A DNA stretch of 64,000 nt, taken from Chlorokybus atmophyticus. Its lineage: Eukaryota > Plantae > Mesostigma and Chlorokybus algae. Location of the stretch: NCBI GenBank assembly GCA_009103225.1, contig RHPI01002656.1:1-64000 (forward strand), in the 5' to 3' direction. Of this stretch, positions 53,185-64,000 are shown one piece after another; the first letter of the stretch is position 1; every line of letters begins with the position of its first letter. Position numbers and translations under genes: made by a program. Under the pieces are notes generated by a model. The model did not search any database. It was not told the DNA's origin and saw only the letters and a list, made by a program, of their open reading frames with translations.

Positions 53185-53855
53185 GGTGGTCTCACTCCAA
53201 AGCAAGCGTCTCAAAACAGACACACACAAGAGCAGGCTTGGTGGTAGCGAACACAAGGAACAAGCAGCTCCTCCTTCTCCCCAAGTTCGAGCCCTGGCCT
53301 GCAAAGTCCTCTCGGCTTCCAACCTGTTGCAACGAGTCACAACGCAAAGGCAAACTCCACATGTCCACTGCAAGAGCAGCCTTCTGCAAGCAGTGCAGAA
53401 AAAGATAACAACCCATCAATCAAGTGAGCTGCCTGCATGGCTGAGCTGGCTTGTGTGTATCCTGCGCACTGACATACGTGCTAGGCGGGCTTGCTCCAGA
53501 CAAGTTTCAAACTGCGCGATGCTATGGCAGGCGTACTGACAGAAGGGCATCAGCAGCAGCAACGTCAACGGCTTTCACCACGCAAGGCGTTTGGCCTGCA
53601 AGATGCCTCATGTGTGACACAAAGCGGTCAAGGAGCAGCAGTGCTCTGAAAGCACATCGCCTAGCACTATTTGTGCCTGGTAAAAGAGTGAAAGTAAGCA
53701 CACATTCAGAAAACATGTCAGTGACACACATCAAATCATTACTCACACCAGCACTTTTCCACTACACCACAAGTTATCACCAGAGTTGCTTAACTCTCCC
53801 TCCCAGTATGTCCGCTGTACAAAGTCGACCAGACCAGAACCAACTCGAACACCTG

Positions 53856-55573
53856 TTACAACGGCTGTACTTCCGCCGCCGCCAACGTCCTTGCCGATGC
53901 GGTGGCGGGGTCCTCCGTCATCCTGATGTACTCCTTCCCGGACGGCACCTGCTTCACCTCGTGGTCCGGGAACCGCGTCTTGGCGTCCTCGGGGGACAGG
54001 GACGGGACGATCATCACCTTGTCGCCGCGCTGCCAGTCGACGGGAGTGGCCACGGGGTGGGAGGAGCCGAGCTGGAGGGAGTCGAGGGCACGCAAGACCT
54101 GGGAGGGGGAGGTGGTGTGTGAGGTGGAGCGCCAACATGGCACTCTGGATGCGGTAGCAGACGGACAGTGAATGTGGGGTGTGGGGTTGAGGGTGTGTAC
54201 ACGAACTGTGTGTTCGTGTGCGCGCACGCTCGTAAGAGGGCTACATGGTCACACTCACATGTGCATGTGCATGCGCGTGCGCGTGCAGGTTCTACAACTA
54301 CACCAATTTAGGCACACACGCATGCATGCGAGCTCGAATGCATCAGCATGCATGCCAGTGCATGCTGATACATTGATAAGCCCGCGCACGCGTACACTCA
54401 CACGCGTATACAACTGTCTTCATATGAATACCTCCGTGAAGTTGCGGCCAGTGCTGGCGGGGTACAGTATCTGCGACTTGAGTTTCTTGTCGGGGCCGAT
54501 GAAGAAGACAGCCCGGCAGGTGAGGGGCAGTCCGGCGGCGTCCTTGGCGTCGGGGTCGACCATGCCGTACAGCACGGCCAGCTCGCGCTTCGGGTCTGTG
54601 ATAAAGGTGGGCATGCGGCAGTTTAAACACAACAGAGACAAACGCTGTTTGCCAGCTGGTATTGGATTGAGATAGTCTCATTCTACCATGCTTGACATGC
54701 AGCAAGAGTAAAATAGTTGGTAGGGTTGGTCAGAGTTTCCTTTCCTTCATAGCTTGGTTGATCTAACAAATTCTTCTGCATGTGCACGAGTAGCTGCATG
54801 CCCACGCTCACGTGCTCACACTCATAGCCAAGCAAGCCGCCGTAATATCATCAATCATTGTGTGTGGAAATGAGCAGATGTGGGCAAATTTTTGATAGCT
54901 GCATGCCGTATTGCTGAATCGACATTTGATTTCCACGTTGTTATTGTTTGCTTGCTTTACCAGTGGGCATTGATGCAAAAACTGCAAGCAGGCACGCACG
55001 CGTTCGCACGCAAGCAATTCACCTGCGATGATGGGGTAGTTGACTTTGGTGCTGCCGTAGGCTTCAATGTCTTTGGTCCAGCCGACATGGGAGTCGACGT
55101 CGTTGCATGAGAGCGCGGCGAGCTTCACCCCTCGCTTGGCGAAGTCCGCCTCCATCTGGGCCATCCTGCCGAGTTCCGTTGTGCACACTGGGGTGTAGTC
55201 GCCAGGATGAGAGCACTACACAGTGGCACAACAATCAACAGTAAACAGGGTTGATTTGTTGATGCCAACATGTGCGTGCGTGCTCGTGTCTGTGTGTGTG
55301 CGAAAGAAACGCATTATGCATGCACGCGTACTGGCAGGGACGCGTGAAGTGTATGTATGGCAGTCAGGCATGACACCATAAGCCAAGGTGTTGTCCAATG
55401 TGCTGTCAAGTGTCAGTGGCAACAAACAGATGAAAATAGGCAGCATGAGTCCAGCTGCTTCCGTTTCAGTTGCTTACAAGTATGGCCCAGGAGTCGCCTA
55501 TCCACTCGTGGAAGCGCAAGGTGCCATGCGTGCTCTCGGCGGTGAAGTCCGGCACCACGTCGCCGAGCTTCAT
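53856..55573 (-). CDS. PRDX6: 1-Cys peroxiredoxin (Prx6 subfamily), paralogue A, 4 exons
   Basis: [32 protein letters not shown]|[16 protein letters not shown]...YPIIA|[15 protein letters not shown]...[17 protein letters not shown]...[11 protein letters not shown]|[10 protein letters not shown]...[13 protein letters not shown]...SGKEYIR. Confidence 0.95.
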
Positions 55574-56697
55574 TGCCAAGTCTTACTACGTACACGCTGC
55601 CCGGCGACAAGGAAGACGAGACACCGCCAACACCGACAACACCGGCAATGCCGCCGCCGCTGTCTGCTCAGTGCACCGATTGCTCTGCCTCTTGACGTCG
55701 TCTTAACCTTGCCTATGATGGGCATTATCACTGGTTGCTGATGATCATTAGCAACTCGCGTGATGCCCGGAATGGCGTCATACAGGCTGAGGCAGCCTCA
55801 ACCACCATGTCATCTTGACAGAGGACGGTAGTGTCCACGTCACGCGTCAGTGGTGGCAGCAAATATCTCAGTGAAAGGTACGTGCGTCTTGTTAATAGGT
55901 ACTACTACAAGCAAGTTGGAACAATTTGTATCCAAAACTTACGCTGCAGAGGACAATGGCTTGGTAATAAAGTGAATCACACATTGTTCATGATGCGTCA
56001 GTGAGTTTCTCACTTGATATGTTCACGACTTTCCAAGAATCTTGGGTTGAAATTCAAGGAAACATATGTTGATAATGTGTATTGGGAATGTATGATCAAT
56101 ATAAGCCATATATCGCATAAAATTAGATAGTAAATTATTGTTACATGACTGCATCATGGTCATTGTTCAACACGTTATCCCCCCTTCAACAATTTTCTAA
56201 TAGCACCTTATAGTATGAATATTTTACTTACTTATTTTACTTCAATGACAACCTTATTGTCGCGAGGGTTTAAAACAGTGATTATTCAATAGTATCTTTA
56301 TACTATTTTCATTGTAAAATTTAATGGAATTAAACTAAATGCGTCATAACCTTAATTATCGGTAATCAACATACATAGATGAAATACATGCATAATGCTT
56401 TTGCATGATGTTATCCATGTAATGTATACGACCCATAACATTTGTAAATCTGTGGTGGGTCACACAATAGATTACAGTTTTATACTATAATAGTCATTTT
56501 AGATCAAAGTCAATAATAATGTACATTACCAATGATAACATGTTTAGGCCTTTTTATATCTACACAATTCTGTGCCATGTTTGCGTGTGCATCTTTAACA
56601 GGAATTGTGTACACGTGTGCGCGTTTCACAATCTTATAACATCACCTTCGATGAGTCGTAAGTACCTGCATGTATGTATGCCCCCCCCCCCCCCCCC

Positions 56698-56725
56698 NNN
56701 NNNNNNNNNNNNNNNNNNNNNNNNN
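56698..56725. other. Assembly gap (N run) flanked by poly-C
   Basis: Ns between C homopolymers. Confidence 0.99.
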
Positions 56726-57749
56726 CCCCCCCCCCCCCCCCCCCTCTTTCCTCACGCCTCCTCGTTTATAAGCGCACATTTTCATCTTAGCACCACAACA
56801 TCTGCTGCAATGAATGTATCAAGTTTTGCGGGCAAACGTGATTCATGATTTGACCACAATTTAGCAAATATTATACCAGTATTAACATGTTTGCATATAC
56901 ATCCACTTGAAGACTTGTTAGCTGTTGGCGCAGCTTAATCGTCGACCAATCAAGAACGGCGTTGAGCAGTGTGACAGGAGAGGTGCTGATCACTTGGATG
57001 TTGCCTTGCACTGCCAAGCGTGCTGAGCACAAGCGTAGTGCATCGCTACATAGTAATAACTCTGGATGGAGCTTACACAAACTTGTCATAATGACGGTAT
57101 AAAGAGGCCGCATTGAAGCCCATCTTGACCCTGCCTTACAAAACTGTTGCTTCTGCTGTAGTGCTCGTTGTTGCTTCTGTTTTGGAGGCATGTTATGAGT
57201 GCTAATATCCTTGCGAATGCATAGAGAGTAATGAATGCATATGTAGTAGACCATGTGTACACATCAACTAGCAGTCAGCGTGTACAGAAAATGCGCAACA
57301 TGTATGCATATGCACGACACATGCAATGGACCAAGTATCATGTCTACGTGATTAATGTCAGCAAAATAGCCTTACAAGCATACATAGGCCATAATCAAGG
57401 CGAATAACACTACGCCTGATGTCACAGATTCCTATGCTGGAAAACATGACTATCGGATGACAATCTCCCATAAGGAATGTAGCGGCCAACACATGCCCCA
57501 ACCTGCGCAATGTCAATGTCATGCTTACAAGAATACTTACTGAAAGGCGTTTCAATAAAGGAATGAAGGGCCAACACACACCCCTATATGTGCATTGTCC
57601 ACTTCAATGCCATAATTGCTATGTGAGACACATAGATGTGCGTCTAATACTCTAGTCTACAATGTACAAGCCTAGCATGCAAACACATACATATACAGTG
57701 ACACCAATGTTTGGTGGCACAATGGTTGCGCGCAGCTGCAAGCAGGTTT

Positions 57750-60565
57750 TCACACAGGTGGGACGGAGCCTTGCAAGGTGAGCATGATGTAAGCGCAGCA
57801 GATGGTAGAAGATACCATTGCCGCCCAAGCGAGAGGTGGAAGCACGCCTTCTGAAGCGGCTATCGGGCAGTGCTGCACGCGCCTACCCCACTCTGCCAGC
57901 CGCTCCGCTTCAGCTGCGTACACCGCGCGACCCTGTACGAACCAAGAGCAATTTTCACTTGCAATCCTTTTCTACGACCAAACAACGAAAGCAAGCGTGC
58001 GCACCTCATCATCAAACCAACGGCCACGTCTTAGCCATGCTGAAGCAAGTGCTCCAAGGATGCGCGGCGGTGTCAAGTAACGAATGGCACTACCGGTGCC
58101 CTCTACACTGCGAATGTGCGGCACAAGCACCCTCGCGACTGTCTCCGGCTGACACAAAAGCTCATCAATTGCAAGGTTTTTTGTGCATCGGCTATGCAAA
58201 GCATACCTTGAAAACAACTTTGAACGACATGTGCATCACTCACCTGCTCACAAACAATGTTGAAGAGCTGCTTCTCCAAAGTCGTTGCACCCCTGCATAA
58301 TTGCCAAGTCCAACAATGAGACGCACTCATGGGTGTAGACAGTTGCTTTCGTACAAACAACCCAACATGCATTACCTAAGCAGGAGCTCTGTGAGTACCA
58401 TGCCTGGTGACGCAAGATGTACGCCAACTTTGGTTCCCTCTGTCTCGGCAAGCAGAGACTGTTGCAACTGGCGGAGGGCGCATTTCGTCGCGCCATACGC
58501 TGCAAAGCGGCCGGTGGCTTGGCCACCAGAACCGGCGCCCTCCATGTTGAACACGTGACCGCCGTCCGGCTGCTGCTGCATCACCTTGACAGCTGTCCGC
58601 GTGCATATCAAACTCCCCAGCAAGTTGGTGTTGACAACCTGCGCAGCGCTCACGGAGCTTAAAGGTTGACATAGCAAAATACCGCAATGCTAACAGGCAA
58701 ACACGACACATTTCTGAAAGTAGCCAGCAGCAATACAACATGCCGCACTGCACCTGTTCCAGTTCTTTATCAGAATATTCAAGCAGCGGCTTGGCACCCG
58801 GGTTAGTGCCAGCGTTATTGATCTGCAAGGGATATGCCAGTTAGCACCGCTTTGGCAGCATACAGGAACGCCATTAGCCGGCCATGCCAGGTGAGGTCAT
58901 GCTAGAGTATTGTCTGCAGACCAGCGTGTGCGTGTGTGTAGCAGACACTCACCCATATATCAATTGAGCCAAACTTTTCTACAGCAAAGTCAGCCAACTT
59001 CTGCACTTGTTCGCCATCCGCGACATCGCATGCCTGACCAATCACCGTGGGGCACTCTGCCTCCCCAAAGGTGCGCCACTCCTGTTGCTCAGCTTGCAAG
59101 CCTCCCACCGTATCGCGCACGGCACTAGCACTGCGTATGGCGAACAGCTGTCAACATACAAGCTGCAAGCATAGACAATATGCTAGTATACCTGCGGGAG
59201 GCAATGACAACATTATCTCCACGCCTCAGGAACTCTCGCGCCAAAGCTTTGCCAAGACCACGCGTGCTGTTGCCAATGGTGCCAGTCAGCACTTGTCTTA
59301 CCATACCACACATGCAACCGCACGAAACAGACCTTCCCGTGATGACAATGTTCTTGGGCACAACCTTGATGCGCTGCTCTCTCACATGCGTGCCCACAGT
59401 GATGCCAGCCAATGCGCCCGACCACCAGCCAGCCACCAAGGCAGAGTGGGTGTACGTTGACTGTCCTGTGCAACAGCAGATGTGCGATCAAATGGACATA
59501 CCAACAGAGTCCTTTGAGCTGAAACAGCTGTGCTTACCATTGCAGAGCATCAGCCCAATGCCCACAATACCCCCGGTTGCCAGTAGCAACACGCACAAGT
59601 GCCGCAAGCGCCTTTTCCTCTCGCGAACCCTCCAGTCCCGCTGCACACACACGACACAGCATACACTGCTTTCATCACCGCAAGATGAGATGTCTGCTAC
59701 GCACAATCAAAGACTGGCAACGCACATTGCTAACATCCTCTGCTTGCTCGATTGCGACGGCATCCAGGAGCCGATCGACAGCTGTGTAAGCATCCGACAG
59801 GTCCGTCTCTGAGATAACAGCAGCCTGATCGTCATCCTGACTGTCTTTAATGATATAGGCCGCCTCACGGCCGTCGTTATGGTTGTCAGGGTTGATGTCT
59901 TTTGAAGGCTGCTTCCGAGGTGGGCTGGCAACGCACCGCGTGATCTGCGTCATTACAAATGAGTGCCAGCATGCAAAGCTTGAAGTGTTTGACCCGTGCC
60001 TTTGCACAACTTGGTAAGGGAATCGAGGTGAAGAATAGTATTGTACACCACGTCAAACCAGCATGTGGGGATCACAGGACAGCACAATGCAACGTGTGAA
60101 AGCCTCGACGTTGAATGTCAGCCTAGTACCGCTTGGCGCGTGTGCACATACAACCAACTGTATAGCAGGTTGTCACGCATTAGCATGCAGCCAAGCACAG
60201 GGACCACTCAAGGCATCCCAGGTTGCAAGCACACGGAGTGGTCGCATTTGCCTCACCAATTGCAAGACAATAACGTTCTTTTCAGTGTACGCGACAACGT
60301 TCTTGCAAAGCTAATGGGACCAACAGAGCAATGCTCGGCTGCATGTCACGGCATCGAGCTTTGAGCTTACCAGGCGGCGGCCGCAGGCAGACTTCCTGCT
60401 TGTGCGCTGACTCCGCACAGCTCTGAGCACTTGCAGCCGCAACTTAGAGGCGTGTACAGCTGGCCGAGCGGGAGACAGCCAGCTGGAGTGTGTGCAGGCA
60501 GATGGCTGCGGGCAGGCCCGAGGCAGCGAGCCCACAACAGCGACCTTGCAGACAGCAGCAGCCAT
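57750..60565 (-). CDS. NYC1: Chlorophyll(ide) b reductase NYC1 (membrane-type SDR) with transit peptide
   Basis: Transit-peptide exon 60565-60371. Core motifs NIVITGS|TRGLGKALAREFL, INNAGTN, GGHVFNMEGAGSGG, YGATKCALRQL, ASPGMVLTELLL, KQLFNIVCE|PETVARVLVP and YLTPPRIL...WLRRGRWFDDE|GRAVYAAEAERL. The C-terminal motifs and hydrophobic segments distinguish NYC1 from NOL. Confidence 0.92.
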
Positions 60566-61435
60566 GTTGCACACAACAGGTGCTCCTCTCCTCGGACAAG
60601 CGTTGCAAGCACGCCCGCAAGCTCAAAAGCAACGCAATTGCAACGACAGCAATGCTGCGTCAAGCTGTGCTGTGGGCACTAGCTCGCCATGCCAGCAGCC
60701 AGAATCTTTTCTCCACGAGGTCGTCAGCCGCCTCCGCTGCACCACATTCGCCGATGTGAACAAGGTTCACACCTGCCACAACCAGGCCGGAAAATTCAAG
60801 CACTTTGTAGGCGCCGGACCAGGCCAGACCAAACCAGGCCAGTATGCGGTACACTCTACCAGACTTCGGCCACACCTTAGTTCACAGTTGTGAATCGGCC
60901 GTCCTGCGTTTGATTCACTGGGAGTGGCATCGGTGATTCACTGATTCACTGACGGTGGAGTCCTAGTCACGGCGTAGTCACATGTGACTGGACCTGACCA
61001 CTAACGAACTGACACCAACCGCCGAGTCACACATCTCGTTATCGATTTACATACAATAGCGGCAATGTGAAAGGGGCGTCACGCCCCGGGCATGTCCACC
61101 GGCCAATGTGTACATTCATTACTGCTGCATGAGGTATCAGCATCAAGTGAAACGGCAGTTGCTGAACATCGCAGTTAGCCGCTGCCGATAAACGGCGGGC
61201 GGCGACCTTTCGCCCTTTTCTGTGCGCCATGCTGGCGGCAAAGTGACGCTGGCTGTGATGTCGCCACGTCAGAAACGAGGAGGCGCGGGTAAGGCTGAAA
61301 CACACTCGGCGGACACGCTGAGACAAGCTCCGGATACGATAAGCACTATCGCCAACGCTCCATACATGCATACTGTTTTACACGGTTGCACACAGTGGGA
61401 CACGCTTGAGCTAAGCTCAACAAGTTGTCAACAGC

Positions 61436-61477
61436 CCTAACCCTAGCCTTCGACAACAGACCTAACCCTAGCCTTCG
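61436..61477 (+). promoter_or_regulatory. Duplicated telo-box-like element upstream of IDI
   Basis: CCTAACCCTAGCCTTCG occurs at 61436-61452 and 61461-61477, 27-68 nt upstream of the ATG. Confidence 0.45.
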
Positions 61478-61503
61478 CTCTAGTGGTGGCGCCTTGTGCG
61501 GCC

Positions 61504-63301
<1,798 letters not shown>

Positions 63302-64000
63302 CACCAGCAAAGTTCAATCGTGTGCACGCCCTCTTTTCCTATTTATTTGTGTGGTCAACGACCACCAACTCCTCCCAACTGCCTTTTGCTTCGCAAGGTC
63401 ACCTATTGCGACCTGCGCTCCTGTATTCAATCACTCCCATTCACTGCAAGACATCATGTTGCGTGCCTCTATTGATGTACTACTGCAGTGGGCCGAGAGC
63501 AGCAGAATTGTGTGGGAGCGCTTGCACGCTCCGCCAGCCAACCTGCATGCCATTCAAGGTGCATCAGGGCGGCTCAAGGGTCTTGTAACTTTATTGCTGT
63601 TCTCTTATTCAACCAGGATGCACATTCTGTGGAGAAGCTGGCAAACTCTTATGTATCTCAGTTGGTCTGAGCACATTTTGTGCACTATTTTCCTTCTGTG
63701 TTCTTTATCGGTACTCTTCAGGTTAGGGCGTGCCTGTCAGCTGTCCTAGTGCGCGCAACTGCGATGTGATGCTATGCAAGTGCAAACATCATTGACTCTG
63801 GACTGCGTTGCTGTACTCTAGAGATTGGGGTACACGGACATGAGCCTTGTTGATGTCTTGGAAACTGCTGCACGCGTGTCACATCAATTTTCTTGGCATA
63901 GCCTGTCCATAAGGGTGTCTCAGTGCGTCAACAGTGACCCTTATTGCACGAACAGCATGCAATAGCAGGATCAGAGTAACATCAATATATATGAAGCTTG

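Noticed and set aside
52910-53539. 209-aa plus-strand ORF
   Set aside because: Antisense to peroxiredoxin B exon 1 and its leader, and low-information.
57380-57620. LRR-like fragments (IPMLENMTIG, CPNLRNVNV) on the plus strand
   Set aside because: Interrupted by stops with only two weak matches, which is not enough to call a pseudogene.

Overview
Intron-rich eukaryotic nuclear DNA from a green alga. It carries plastid-targeted GrpE, NYC1 and IDI, and plant-like CDKG and MINDY. The lineage (chlorophyte or early-diverging streptophyte) cannot be fixed from this window. The standard genetic code fits, with TAA, TAG and TGA all used as stops. I reconstructed 15 spliced protein-coding genes by hand: MINDY3/4-type deubiquitinase (-), a twin-CX9C NDUFAF8-like microprotein (-, not in the ORF track), a divergent BBS12/MKKS-like chaperonin (+), a small hydrophilic protein (-), CDKG/CDK11 (-), an EGF-repeat GT29 sialyltransferase-like protein (+), a DUF885 metallopeptidase-like protein (-), chloroplast GrpE (+), a hypothetical protein (+), a MORN+filamin protein (-), REV3/Pol zeta (+), two tandem 1-Cys peroxiredoxins (-), NYC1 (-) and IDI (+). 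Ten of the 15 genes form five head-to-head pairs. The most unusual non-coding structures are in the 7-kb spacer between REV3 and the peroxiredoxins: two overlapping perfect palindromes (24-bp and 20-bp arms) and a 260-bp cluster of six palindromes/hairpins. There are also microsatellites, tandem repeats and three assembly gaps. No tRNA, rRNA, CRISPR array or intact transposase was recognised. Family assignments rest on motifs recalled from memory, not on database searches, and exon boundaries are manual predictions.
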